Origin: an uncultured virus (IMG/VR IMGVR_UViG_3300001282_000003)
Taxonomy: Duplodnaviria; Heunggongvirae; Uroviricota; Caudoviricetes
IMG/VR virus record: IMGVR_UViG_3300001282_000003
Length of the DNA: 64,000 nt
Direction: 5' to 3' (one strand)
Numbering within the stretch: position 1 is the stretch's first letter; each line of letters begins with the position of its first letter. Shown here piece after piece: positions 38,383 to 48,579 of the stretch. Below the pieces are notes generated by a model. It searched no databases, was not told the DNA's origin, and saw nothing but the letters and a program-made list of their open reading frames with translations. A program made the position numbers and the translations under genes.

Positions 38383-39147
38383 ATGAAATACTTAAAAAGA
38401 TTTAACGAAGAACTTAGACCAAGAACATATCTATCTGCTGCTAAAAAATTAACAGCTATTGGACATACTGATAGAGCTAACACCCTAAAAGATTGGGCTA
38501 ATGAAACTGAAAAAAGAGAAGAAATTGCTAAATGGAAAGAACAACTTCAAAATTATTCACCATTTGGTATTTATAAAGTGAATGTTGTTAATCCAGAAAG
38601 TGGTGAAAAATTCACTGCTGATTTTGCGTTAGATTTAAGTTTTGATGAATTAGCATTTGAAGATAACTTTGAATATGAAAAACAAAAAGATCCAAACAAT
38701 ATTAGTGAAGTAAGTATTTTCTTTTTTGTTGGTTTAATTCCTACATCAGAAGAAGTTCTTAAAAAATGTGAAGAAGTAATGCCTGAACCTGAATTTGGTA
38801 ACGGTATGTACTGGGGCATGTCTTGTGGTATAGATTTCAAAGTCGAAAATGGACAAGTTATACTTGATAAATTTGCCTTAGATGATTATGACGATAACTT
38901 ATCTGGTAATGTTTCTTTTGCTGATAGAGCTTCTGCTGGTAAATTCAAAAACTTATTAAAAAGTATTTTTAGTAACCCTGACTTAAATTATCCAAGTGGA
39001 TATACTGATGCTGATAGTATCTATCAGAAATTAGAACAAGTTATTTTAATTCAACAAGGATTCTCATCTGATTATGGATTTGAATTAAAAAATATTGCCG
39101 ACTTTATTAACACTCAATCACCAAATACAATGTATAAAACTATTTAA
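38383..39147 (+). CDS. paralog family member 1, N-terminal capsid-targeting-like motif
   Basis: MKYLKRFNEE-LRPRTYLSAAKKL..IGH; ADRASAGKFK; AATATATA 38371-38378. Confidence 0.75.
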   Translation: MKYLKRFNEELRPRTYLSAAKKLTAIGHTDRANTLKDWANETEKREEIAKWKEQLQNYSPFGIYKVNVVNPESGEKFTADFALDLSFDELAFEDNFEYEKQKDPNNISEVSIFFFVGLIPTSEEVLKKCEEVMPEPEFGNGMYWGMSCGIDFKVENGQVILDKFALDDYDDNLSGNVSFADRASAGKFKNLLKSIFSNPDLNYPSGYTDADSIYQKLEQVILIQQGFSSDYGFELKNIADFINTQSPNTMYKTI

Positions 39148-39148
39148 T

Positions 39149-39976
39149 ATGAAACATCTAAAAAGTATTAATGAATTAAAATCTAGTACATATGCTTCTG
39201 CTGCTAATAAGTTGAAGAATATGGGTCATATTAGAAGATCTGGTGAATTAGAACAATGGACTAAAGAAGTCCAAAATAAAGAAAAAGATGCTAGAGAATT
39301 AGAAAATTTTAATTCATTCAAACACGGTGTTCCTTTCAAAATTAACTTAGTTAAAGTTAAATATAATAGTGCTACTAAAAGTAGAGATCATGACATAATG
39401 GTTACAGGTAACTTTTATCTAAAGCCTTCTTTTGATTTTTCATGGGCTCAAGATCAATACAATGATAATGCTGATGAGAATGGAAATACTGAATACTCTT
39501 ACTATATGCCTTTTGAAGTAGGTATAATGGCAGCAGATGAAGAAACAAAAGAGAAATTCAGATCAATTGAAGAAAATCTTTCTGATGAAGTATATGAAGG
39601 AGTTTATTGGTTACAAAGACTTTATTATAAAATAATTAATGAAGGTTCTAAAGAAATAACTCCAACTGGTGAATTTTCTTGGGAATGTAGAGAAAGTGAT
39701 GAAATAATGTTTGAAAATAGAGCCGAGGCTTTAAGATTCAAAAAGATGTTTGTTGATGCGGTTCACGGTAGAAATACTTTTGGTAATTCAAAATGGGTAC
39801 CAAGTATGCATGAAGAATTAAAGAAATTCTTTTTAGGTGATTGGTTACAGAGATATAATCGTGATACAAAATCATATGATAAAGTAGACAGACAAGAAGT
39901 ATTTAACGAAGAAGCTTTCAAAAGATTCTTAGATTCAACTAATAAAATGTCAATAAATCAATTATATAGAAACTAA
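39149..39976 (+). CDS. paralog family member 2, N-terminal capsid-targeting-like motif
   Basis: MKHLKSINE-LKSSTYASAANKL..MGH; ENRAEALRFK; ends MSINQLYRN. Confidence 0.75.
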   Translation: MKHLKSINELKSSTYASAANKLKNMGHIRRSGELEQWTKEVQNKEKDARELENFNSFKHGVPFKINLVKVKYNSATKSRDHDIMVTGNFYLKPSFDFSWAQDQYNDNADENGNTEYSYYMPFEVGIMAADEETKEKFRSIEENLSDEVYEGVYWLQRLYYKIINEGSKEITPTGEFSWECRESDEIMFENRAEALRFKKMFVDAVHGRNTFGNSKWVPSMHEELKKFFLGDWLQRYNRDTKSYDKVDRQEVFNEEAFKRFLDSTNKMSINQLYRN

Positions 39977-40743
39977 TGAAGTATCTAAAGAAATATAATG
40001 AAGAGTTAAAGGCTGATACTTATAAATCAGCGGCTGATAAATTGGCTAAGATGGGTCATGTTAAAAGACCAGAAGAGTTAATGAAGTTTCATGTTGTGGC
40101 TAAAGAAAGAGAAAAAGAAGAAGCTAAAAGAAAAGCCATTGAAGAAGCATCTGAATTAGGTACTTATAAAATGACCTTAAAAGGTCGTGGTGATATTAAA
40201 TTCACTGGTGATTTCTATGTTTATTTTTACTGGAATAATGATAATTTTGATGAAAGCTATGGAGATTGGAAATCATTTGATAGCAGTTCTCTTTGGTTAC
40301 AATTTGACTTTTCTGTTTTACCAGCATCTGAAGAATCTAAAGAATTTACTCAAAATGTTCTTAATAAAGAAATAGGTCTTAATTATGACGGTAAATGTTA
40401 TTTAGGTTCATTTGGTCTTAATCTAACACAAGGTGGTGCCTCTTATGATGAAAATGATAAACCAACATATGTTCTAAAACCTAATGGTGGATTCTATTTT
40501 GAGGAGTATGATAGTATAGCATGGTATATGGCTGATAGAGGATCTGCTCAGAAATTTAAGAAGATGCTTTATGATGTATTTGAGGGTAATATTGTTTGGA
40601 GAGAAACTCCACAATTACCTGGTGGTGTGAAAGAACAAATCTTAGACTTCCTTTGTTCAGATATGGATCATACCTTAGAAGAGTTTGAAGAATTTATAGA
40701 ATCTCTAAAACGAATAAGTGTAAATAAACTTTATAAAGACTAG
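39976..40743 (+). CDS. paralog family member 3, N-terminal capsid-targeting-like motif
   Basis: MKYLKKYNEE-LKADTYKSAADKL..MGH; ADRGSAQKFK; ends ISVNKLYKD. Confidence 0.75.
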   Translation: MKYLKKYNEELKADTYKSAADKLAKMGHVKRPEELMKFHVVAKEREKEEAKRKAIEEASELGTYKMTLKGRGDIKFTGDFYVYFYWNNDNFDESYGDWKSFDSSSLWLQFDFSVLPASEESKEFTQNVLNKEIGLNYDGKCYLGSFGLNLTQGGASYDENDKPTYVLKPNGGFYFEEYDSIAWYMADRGSAQKFKKMLYDVFEGNIVWRETPQLPGGVKEQILDFLCSDMDHTLEEFEEFIESLKRISVNKLYKD

Positions 40744-41111
40744 TGAAATATCTAAAAAGATTTAATGAATCCTCTGACTTTACTCCAGAAGAAATAATGA
40801 AAGAATTAACTCTTGGATTATTAGATGCTGGTTTACAAGTTAATGTTTATTCTGGTGAATATAAAAAATCAAATCACCCAAGATTTGAAGGTGAGTTACA
40901 TGTTGAGATAACTGATAATAATAAAGTATTTTGTAAAAACTATCCTGAAGATGATATGGATTGGTTATATGGTAAACCTGTTATTATGGATTTCTTTGAT
41001 GAGCTAACAGACTTTGGTTTAATAAGAGATAAAGATTACAAAGTATATGGTGGTGGATTAAATGTTAATTTAGTCTTCCAAAAAGAAGGACTTAATAAAG
41101 TTAAACTATAA
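40743..41111 (+). CDS. hypothetical protein with N-terminal capsid-targeting-like motif
   Basis: GTG start, (M)KYLKRFNES. Confidence 0.7.
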   Translation: MKYLKRFNESSDFTPEEIMKELTLGLLDAGLQVNVYSGEYKKSNHPRFEGELHVEITDNNKVFCKNYPEDDMDWLYGKPVIMDFFDELTDFGLIRDKDYKVYGGGLNVNLVFQKEGLNKVKL

Positions 41112-41135
41112 CCTGAAACTCTTTCAGGTTTTTTT
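41110..41135 (+). terminator. intrinsic terminator
   Basis: AACCTGAAA-ctc-TTTCAGGTT plus T run. Confidence 0.75.
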
Positions 41136-41161
41136 ATTATATTTGTAGAATATATACACAT

Positions 41162-42331
41162 ATGAAATTAAAAAGATATAATCAATTTTTAGAATCTAAA
41201 TCTGATATGTGGGATATCATTCCACAATCAGTGAAAGAGTTACACGAACTATTTCAATCAGCAGGTAAGAAACTTTACTTAGTTGGTGGTTCAGTGCGTG
41301 ACTTCTTAACTGGTGATAAACCAAAAGATTTTGACTTAGCAACCGATGCTCTTCCAGATGAAGTTTTGGAAATTGTCGGAGATAAATTTAGAACTAACCT
41401 TCAAGGTAAAGCCTTCGGAGTTGTTGTAGTTTACACTAAAGAAGTTCCAGAAGGAATGGAAATTGCTACATTCAGAGAAGATGTTTCAAAAGGTCGTAAC
41501 CCAGAAGTTAAATTGGGTGTTACTATTGAAGATGATGTTAAGCGTAGAGACTTAACTTACAACTCTCTTTTCTATGATTTAGATACAAGACAAATCGTTG
41601 ACTTAGTTGGTGGTAAAGAAGATTTACAATCTGGTATTACGAGAATGGTTGGTGATCCTATTGAAAGATTTGATGAAGATTCATTAAGAATTTTAAGAGC
41701 ATTTAGATTTGCTTCAAGATATGAACATCCTTTACATAAAGATACTGAAAGTGCTATTGAGAAAAGAAAACAACTTCAAAACATTGATCCAGAGACTGGT
41801 GAAATGAAAAGAATTTCTCAAGAAAGAGTTTGGGAAGAAATGAAGAAAGCTTGGAAACAAGCCAAAGATTACAGATACTACTTATCATTCTTTACTAAGT
41901 TTGATATGTGGGATGAAGTATTTCCTGTTGCTAACATCAATACTAATTTAGTTGATTCAAAAGACTTTATAGTTGTTGTTGCTAACTTATTTAAGAACGA
42001 ATCCACTTTAGGTTTGACTGATAGACTAGCTCAAGAATATAAGATTGAATTAGAAACAGCTACTAAAGTAACTTTCTTACTTTCGTTATTAAATTTCAAA
42101 GTAGAAGATGTATTTGATATTTACAAGAAAAGACAACAATGTGCTATCACTGATGCTACTATTTTAGAGTGGTTAAAAGTCGAAGGTATTGATACTGATA
42201 CTTTAGTTAAGTTTGTTGAATACAAACCAAGTGTATCTGCTCAAGAACTTATGTCTCAAGGATTCAAGGGTAAAGATCTTGGTGATGAAATCAAAAGATT
42301 AGAGATAGAAAAATTTAAACAAATGCTATGA
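41162..42331 (+). CDS. cca: CCA-adding tRNA nucleotidyltransferase (class II)
   Basis: VGGSVRD, DFDLAT, EIATFR, RRDLTYN, EDSLRILRAFRFA, ISQER motifs; N-terminus MKLKRYNQFLES. Confidence 0.92.
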   Translation: MKLKRYNQFLESKSDMWDIIPQSVKELHELFQSAGKKLYLVGGSVRDFLTGDKPKDFDLATDALPDEVLEIVGDKFRTNLQGKAFGVVVVYTKEVPEGMEIATFREDVSKGRNPEVKLGVTIEDDVKRRDLTYNSLFYDLDTRQIVDLVGGKEDLQSGITRMVGDPIERFDEDSLRILRAFRFASRYEHPLHKDTESAIEKRKQLQNIDPETGEMKRISQERVWEEMKKAWKQAKDYRYYLSFFTKFDMWDEVFPVANINTNLVDSKDFIVVVANLFKNESTLGLTDRLAQEYKIELETATKVTFLLSLLNFKVEDVFDIYKKRQQCAITDATILEWLKVEGIDTDTLVKFVEYKPSVSAQELMSQGFKGKDLGDEIKRLEIEKFKQML

Positions 42332-42792
42332 CACATAAATTAACTTATTTAAAAGATGCGGTTGGGAATAATTATGTTGGAATTAATATTCCAAATGAAG
42401 TTGTCGAACCACATTTAGAAAAACTAAAAGAAATTTTAGGTGAAGAAGATTTTGAAATCTTTACACAAAATCAAAAGACGAGAGATCACGGACACTATCA
42501 CATTACTGTTATTAATGTAATGGATTGTAACCGACTTTCTAAAGAAATGGGAATGGCTAACTTTGTTAAATCAGTTGAATTAGCATTTGATTATACTGTA
42601 GAAGATTTAGAACTATTAGGTGTTGGCATGGCTTCTAAGAATGCCAATACCGCTTACTTTATAGTTTGCTCATCTGATAGTTTAGATGCCGTTAGAACTC
42701 GTTTTAACTTACCTAAACAAGACTTTCATGTTACACTTGGTTTCAATACTAAAGATGTGTTTGGTGTTCCAAAAAATTTGGTAATAAATTAA
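42328..42792 (+). CDS. 2H phosphoesterase (RNA repair type)
   Basis: two HxT motifs, YHITV and FHVTLG; coupled to cca. Confidence 0.82.
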   Translation: MTHKLTYLKDAVGNNYVGINIPNEVVEPHLEKLKEILGEEDFEIFTQNQKTRDHGHYHITVINVMDCNRLSKEMGMANFVKSVELAFDYTVEDLELLGVGMASKNANTAYFIVCSSDSLDAVRTRFNLPKQDFHVTLGFNTKDVFGVPKNLVIN

Positions 42793-42843
42793 AACTTTTT
42801 TTAATTTCTAAATAAGAAAGAAACAATTATAAATAAATTTAAA

Positions 42844-43119
42844 ATGGAACTATTTAATTATTACAGCATGGACGAGTGTCCAGAAAGAAAAGTGATCAAA
42901 AAAAGACTTACTCAATTAGAAGAAGAAGGCAAAATCGATTTTGATATCGATGGAGACATTCTTAAAATATCAGACTTAGATTTAGATGAAGATGAGGTTG
43001 CTGAGTTAGTAGAAATGTTTGATAAATATGATGTCTTTCCTTATCCTGATTATGAAGAAGGAATAGATGATGAAGAAGATGATTACTATGATGGTTTTGA
43101 CGAAGAAGACGATTATTAA
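42844..43119 (+). CDS. small, very acidic protein
   Basis: Asp/Glu-rich 91 aa ORF. Confidence 0.7.
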   Translation: MELFNYYSMDECPERKVIKKRLTQLEEEGKIDFDIDGDILKISDLDLDEDEVAELVEMFDKYDVFPYPDYEEGIDDEEDDYYDGFDEEDDY

Positions 43120-43146
43120 TATCAAATTGAATCAATAAGACCTAAT

Positions 43147-43177
43147 AAAAAAACCCAATCATTTGATTGGGTTTTTT
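43147..43177. terminator. bidirectional intrinsic terminator
   Basis: AAAAAACCCAATCA-tt-TGATTGGGTTTTTT. Confidence 0.85.
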
Positions 43178-43179
43178 AT

Positions 43180-45993
43180 TTAGAATGTATATTTAACTGA
43201 GGCTGATATTGTTTGACCAAAGTTTATGTTTTGCCAATTGTTATCACCTTTATCATACTTTTGATTACCGTTCAAGTCTTGGAAGTAAACTAAGTCTTGA
43301 GCTAAGATATCTTTTATATTAAGTTTTGTTTCAAAGTGTTTACCAAACTTTTTAGATACTTGAAAGTCTATAACATTTCTTCCATTTTCCCAAACTGAAG
43401 GCTCTTGAATATTACCTACAATGTAAATTCTTTGACCAATTACATTATAAGATAAAGTTACTGTCATATCTTTCTTAGGTGTATTATAGAATATACCAGA
43501 GTTTATAATGTAAGGTGACTGACCTTGTAGTGGTCTGTTCTCACCAGAACCAATGAAGTGACTCATATCAACTGTTGACTTTATTAAAGACAGGTTTGAA
43601 TAAACTGTTATGTTATCCCATACTTTACTTTCTTTCTTACAGAATGTTCCTAAGTTATATCTAATTTCAAATTCAGCACCGATATTTGTTACTTTATTTA
43701 CATTAGCGTAGTAAAGTTCAGGTGCTCCTGATGTACCAGTTCTATTGATTAACTCAATTGGATTCTCAAATGTTTTATAGAAACCAGATACAGATATGAT
43801 TTGACCTTTACCAGGATACATTTCCCATCTAACATCAAAGTTATCTATGGTAGCTCTTTTCAAATTAGGGTTACCACTTACTATATTATCAATAACAAAG
43901 TTATAGAAACTAAATGGTGCTAACTCTCTAAACTCTGGACGAGAAACTGTTCTATAATAAGAACCTCTTACTTTCATCTTTTTGTTTAACGAATAAACTA
44001 TATTAACTGATGGTAAGAAATCAACAACTGTTGTATCAATATGTTTATTTTCGTTAGAACCAAACTCAATATAATTAAATTGTTGATTATATGACTCTAT
44101 TCTTAAACCACCAATGATTCTAAACTTCTCACCAATCTTTGTATCTGTCATTGCGAAAGCCGCATTTAGAAAAGAGTTGGCTTGATAACTATCATCAACA
44201 TTTGTAGCTTCATCTAATTTGAAACCTCCTTGACCATTTGATAAAAGACCCATATTTTCTTGAGAGAATATCTCATCTGGTCCTAATAGTAGTAAGTTAC
44301 TATTGAATGTGCTACCTGTTGGTTTGTATTGAGAGAACCCTAAGTTTCTTGATGAGAAATCACGAGTTCTGTATTGATGCCATCCACCTATCTTAAATTC
44401 ATTTTCTATTTTATTAAAAGTAAAAGGAATAGACCAATCATAATTAGCACTGTAGATTTTCTCAGATGATTTAGACCAAAACATATTACCAGCCGCAGTT
44501 GGAATAGTTCCATTTTGTTGAATAATAGCTGTCCATTGTTGAGTTGTATCATCTTCAAGTAATGAATACTTACGATAAACTAATCTTCTAAGATTTGGAA
44601 TATCTCTTTTAACATCACTGAATCCTAAATTCCAGTTCAATTTAGTTTTCTTAATCTCATGTTTACCATATAGTTGTTGAGTTAATAAATTGTTTTGTGT
44701 ATACCAGAAGTTTGTTGATCTTTCCCATTGACGAGGATCATTATCCATCTCTCTAACACCGTTTCTAATATTTACTTTATCTTCTGAATTGATAGAATAA
44801 AGATTTTTGAATCTAATTATGTTCTTATCATTAATCTGATAAGCAAAGTTTAACATAGCACTATTCAAAATAGTTTGAGTAAATACAGAATCTTTCAATT
44901 CCATTTTTTGAACAACACCTGCTGATTGTTCTTCAAAGTCTCTTCTTACTGAGTTATTCATAGTAGAAGCACTTTGATAACTATAAGCGAAAGTTATACC
45001 AAGTGAGTTATCTTTTTTGAATTTGATATATCTACCAATCGAGTATTGTAAACTACCAATTGGTAAAGCCAATCTTGATTTAGTTGACCAAGAAGTGTTA
45101 ATCATTTTTGATAAATCCGCCTTATCTGACTTATTTAGAGTAGAAAAGTCTAAAGTACTTGGCATTGATTCAGGTAAACTTCTATAGTTAGAACCAAACC
45201 CTAAGAAGTCAGTAGAACTTCCTTGATAAGTTTTGAAGTTTTGAAATGTAGATATCGCATTGAATCCTAAACCATACTGAATACTTTGAAACTTAGAATC
45301 TTTTGGTTCAGATGTGCTGATATTAATAACACCACCAGCAAACTCACCTGGCATATCTGGTGAACCAGACTTCATAACAATTAGATTATCTAACATATTA
45401 GAAGGAAAGATATCAAATGAGAAAGCTTTTCTATCTGATTCTGAACTTGGTAGTGGAGAACCATTTATTAGAGCGAAGTTGTATCTATCATTTAGACCAC
45501 GAATAACTACAAACTTATTATCTTGTACAGAAGCACCACTCACTCTTTTGAATACATCTGATACTTTCGTATCTGGTGTTTTCTTAAAAGTTTCAGCATT
45601 AACACCATCTTGAACGACAGCACTGTTGCTTTGTTGTTTAACTAAATCAACTGTTGATTCTTTATTAGCTTTAGCTTTAACTGTAACAGTTCCTATGTCT
45701 AAAGTTTTTTCCTTTAACTTTATATTTAAAGTGTCTTTTGATGTCGCTTTAATGAATTGTGAATGATAACCCATGTATCTAAATTCTAAAGAGTAAGTAG
45801 GTTTATCTAAACCTTTCAATTCAAATTTACCATTTATGTCAGTTGTGGTTCCTTTTCCGGACTCACCTTGAATTAGTATCAACACGCCAATGACTGGCTC
45901 GTTTGAAATCGAGTCAGTCACTGTGCCTGATATTTGTGAAAATGCTGTAAGTGTCGATATTAAGAATGTAAATATCAGTAAGAGTTTTTTCAT
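43180..45993 (-). CDS. TonB-dependent outer-membrane receptor (Bacteroidota type)
   Basis: signal peptide, carboxypeptidase-regulatory-like N domain (GTTTDING), plug (IRGLNDRYN, GEFAGGVINI), GNPNLK, terminal Phe (VKYTF). Confidence 0.92.
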   Translation of the reverse strand: MKKLLLIFTFLISTLTAFSQISGTVTDSISNEPVIGVLILIQGESGKGTTTDINGKFELKGLDKPTYSLEFRYMGYHSQFIKATSKDTLNIKLKEKTLDIGTVTVKAKANKESTVDLVKQQSNSAVVQDGVNAETFKKTPDTKVSDVFKRVSGASVQDNKFVVIRGLNDRYNFALINGSPLPSSESDRKAFSFDIFPSNMLDNLIVMKSGSPDMPGEFAGGVINISTSEPKDSKFQSIQYGLGFNAISTFQNFKTYQGSSTDFLGFGSNYRSLPESMPSTLDFSTLNKSDKADLSKMINTSWSTKSRLALPIGSLQYSIGRYIKFKKDNSLGITFAYSYQSASTMNNSVRRDFEEQSAGVVQKMELKDSVFTQTILNSAMLNFAYQINDKNIIRFKNLYSINSEDKVNIRNGVREMDNDPRQWERSTNFWYTQNNLLTQQLYGKHEIKKTKLNWNLGFSDVKRDIPNLRRLVYRKYSLLEDDTTQQWTAIIQQNGTIPTAAGNMFWSKSSEKIYSANYDWSIPFTFNKIENEFKIGGWHQYRTRDFSSRNLGFSQYKPTGSTFNSNLLLLGPDEIFSQENMGLLSNGQGGFKLDEATNVDDSYQANSFLNAAFAMTDTKIGEKFRIIGGLRIESYNQQFNYIEFGSNENKHIDTTVVDFLPSVNIVYSLNKKMKVRGSYYRTVSRPEFRELAPFSFYNFVIDNIVSGNPNLKRATIDNFDVRWEMYPGKGQIISVSGFYKTFENPIELINRTGTSGAPELYYANVNKVTNIGAEFEIRYNLGTFCKKESKVWDNITVYSNLSLIKSTVDMSHFIGSGENRPLQGQSPYIINSGIFYNTPKKDMTVTLSYNVIGQRIYIVGNIQEPSVWENGRNVIDFQVSKKFGKHFETKLNIKDILAQDLVYFQDLNGNQKYDKGDNNWQNINFGQTISASVKYTF

Positions 45994-45999
45994 ATAGAA

Positions 46000-47583
46000 T
46001 TATTTTCTAACTATAATCTTTTTTGTTGTATTATCAACTTGTAAGAAATAGATACCATTCGTAAGTGTACTAACATCTAAACTAAGATTTCCTGATACTG
46101 TTTGAGTATTAATTACTCTACCCATACCATCGATTAAAGTTACTTGTACTAATCTATCAGTTGTGATGTTTACATTGTTTGTAGCAGGGTTAGGGTAGAT
46201 AGATACGTTTGTAGTTTTAGTAATCTCATTTACACTAACAAATCCACCAACAAATTTAGAGTTTGTGAAATCAGCTCCTGTTGCTACTAATGAAGTAGAA
46301 TCTAATCTACAGTCAGGTGTAGTTCCTAATGTTGGAAAAGCATTGACCCAATTGATTTGAGATACTGAAGTTGTTGTATCATTTACTGAAGCAACTGTTG
46401 TAAAGAAAGTTGGTGTGGCAGTTACATAACTAGCACCTAAAGGTAGTTCAGTTAAAACATTGTTTGAGAAAACTAATGTTCCAGATGTTACGTTATTCTC
46501 ACAAGAAGGACCTTCGATTGATAATCCTTTTTCCCAACCAACTACTAAAGAGTTGAATACTGAGATAGAAGAGTTTCTTCTAATTCTAAAAGCTTTTTCA
46601 AATTTTTCACCAACTGGTAAAGATAAAGAACCATTTCCTTTAGCTCCAATAATTGTTAAGTTTGAGAATATTGCTGCTGTTTGTGGTGTGTTAGCTGAAC
46701 CAGCCGCATCGTTATCTGATTCTAAACCGTTTGAGTCACCAGCCGCATCATACATAGTATTATCACGAATGATTAAACCAAATTGAATTCTACCTCTGTA
46801 ACCAAAATCAGTATCGAAGTCATCATCAATTCCTCTGTAAGCGATTAGATGTTTACAATCAACTGTGCCACCAAACCATTCGTAAGAGTCATCACCTGAG
46901 AAAGAAACTTGTATAAAGTCTACTTGAGTTCCTCTACCAACTGAACCAAAAGTAATACCGTTGATTTCTTTGTTTGGTTCTAAAGCGATACCAGCAAATT
47001 CAATTCTTACATATTTTAATGAACCTGAGTTATCATTGTCATCTGATCCACCATATTGTGTATTAGCAGTTGGTACAATACCTTCAATGTTAGCAACACC
47101 ACCTGGTTGATTATTTGTAGCTTGACCTAAGATAACTAAACCACCCCAGTCACCTTCAGCTCTATTACCAACTGATTCATTTGAAGTGAAAACGATTGGT
47201 AAGTTTTGTGTACCTTCAGCTATTATTTTACAACCTTTAGTAACGATTAAAGTTGCTTGTGTTGCTTTGTCACCTCTGATAATTGTACCAGGTAAGATAG
47301 TTAATGTAGCTCCGTTAGTTACATAGATTTTATTTTGTAATAAAACATTACCACCGATTGTTGTGTTTGTTGTAATGTCTGAGTTAAGTGTAGAAGTAGT
47401 TGAAGGATAGTTAGTGTTTTCTGGGTCGAAATTTGACCATCCATATGTCCAGTTTGTACCTGGTGTTCCATCAGTTACAGGGAATGCTCCTTTGTAAGAT
47501 GTTGCTGTCCAAAATGTAGACTGTGCGTTTAGACTAAGATTAAGACCAAGTCCGATTAAAATAAGAGTAAATAATTTTCTCAT
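46000..47583 (-). CDS. secreted beta-helix-like protein with T9SS type A C-terminal sorting domain
   Basis: signal peptide; GDWGGLVILG, DNSGSLKYVRIEFAG, DDSYEWFGG; C-terminal IYPNPA...GIYFL...KKIIVRK. Confidence 0.88.
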   Translation of the reverse strand: MRKLFTLILIGLGLNLSLNAQSTFWTATSYKGAFPVTDGTPGTNWTYGWSNFDPENTNYPSTTSTLNSDITTNTTIGGNVLLQNKIYVTNGATLTILPGTIIRGDKATQATLIVTKGCKIIAEGTQNLPIVFTSNESVGNRAEGDWGGLVILGQATNNQPGGVANIEGIVPTANTQYGGSDDNDNSGSLKYVRIEFAGIALEPNKEINGITFGSVGRGTQVDFIQVSFSGDDSYEWFGGTVDCKHLIAYRGIDDDFDTDFGYRGRIQFGLIIRDNTMYDAAGDSNGLESDNDAAGSANTPQTAAIFSNLTIIGAKGNGSLSLPVGEKFEKAFRIRRNSSISVFNSLVVGWEKGLSIEGPSCENNVTSGTLVFSNNVLTELPLGASYVTATPTFFTTVASVNDTTTSVSQINWVNAFPTLGTTPDCRLDSTSLVATGADFTNSKFVGGFVSVNEITKTTNVSIYPNPATNNVNITTDRLVQVTLIDGMGRVINTQTVSGNLSLDVSTLTNGIYFLQVDNTTKKIIVRK

Positions 47584-47685
47584 GTTTGTTTTTTGTTGTT
47601 TTTTGTTTGTTTTAATGTATATATGAATGGAGTCTGAATTGGAAAGTGTCTAAAAAAATTAAAAAATCCTACAACATAGAGCCAG

Positions 47686-47740
47686 TCTAATGTTCTGTCT
47701 TTATTAACTAATTGTTAATTTTTGGTTGATCTATTGTAAA
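47686..47740 (-). promoter_or_regulatory. five 11-bp-period degenerate direct repeats (Pho-box-like)
   Basis: minus strand units TTTACAATAGA/TCAACCAAAAA/TTAACAATTAG/TTAATAAAGAC/AGAACATTAGA upstream of the T9SS protein-TBDT operon. Confidence 0.5.
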
Positions 47741-47769
47741 TTTAATTTGGTGTAATATAAAATCTTCCG

Positions 47770-47869
47770 TATCTTTGTATTCACAAAGGAAGAGAAAGAT
47801 TAAGAGATAAAAAAAAATAAAAAAATCTCTAAAAAAGTTTGACAAAACGAAAAAGTCTCCTTATCTTTG
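47770..47869 (+). promoter_or_regulatory. tandem Bacteroidota-type promoters
   Basis: TATCTTTG at 47770-47777 and 47862-47869, each with an upstream TTTG. Confidence 0.7.
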
Positions 47870-47909
47870 TAAAACAAATAAGATAAATCACTACTTAAAA
47901 AAAGAAAAT

Positions 47910-48530
47910 ATGGCAAATCTATTCGCAAAAGCAAAGAAATCAGCACCAGCTAAAACAACTAAAGCTAAAGACGAGAAAGTTCGTATAGCTATTGAAGACA
48001 AAACCTTCTTCGATAAAATCGAAAAGTTAGAAGTACTACAAGACCAAATGAAAGTTGCGAAAGCGAAAGCAGATATGATTTCTGACGAGCTTCGTGACCT
48101 TGGTAAATCAGAGTGGGCTAAACTTTATGACCAAACAGGTAAAAATCCTGGCTCTGTAATGTTAGAGCAAGTTAATGCTGAAGATGTTGCTCAATTGATG
48201 TTTATCCCTACTGATAAATACATCACAATCACTCCAGAAAGAGCTGAAGAATTACAAGAAACATACGGTGCTGAAATCGTTGAAGAAGAAACTACTTTCT
48301 CTTTTGACTCTGCTATGATTGAGAAATATGGTGAAATCCTTTCTCGTCTTATCGAAGAGTCTGATGAAATCAAAGACACTGATAAAGAAAAAATCATCAA
48401 AGCTACTACTAAGTACTCTGTAGCTAAAGGTACAATCGACAAGTTTGCTACCTACGGTGATGTAAACGAAGTGATGGATGCTGTAAAGCCAGTAGTAGCA
48501 CTTAAAAACGTAGAAATTATCAAAGGATAA
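47910..48530 (+). CDS. hypothetical protein, probably highly expressed early
   Basis: 206 aa, biased codon use, tandem host-type promoters. Confidence 0.75.
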   Translation: MANLFAKAKKSAPAKTTKAKDEKVRIAIEDKTFFDKIEKLEVLQDQMKVAKAKADMISDELRDLGKSEWAKLYDQTGKNPGSVMLEQVNAEDVAQLMFIPTDKYITITPERAEELQETYGAEIVEEETTFSFDSAMIEKYGEILSRLIEESDEIKDTDKEKIIKATTKYSVAKGTIDKFATYGDVNEVMDAVKPVVALKNVEIIKG

Positions 48531-48579
48531 TATAAACTTTCTGAAAGTGAGTACATATATAATGAACTCACTTTCACTT

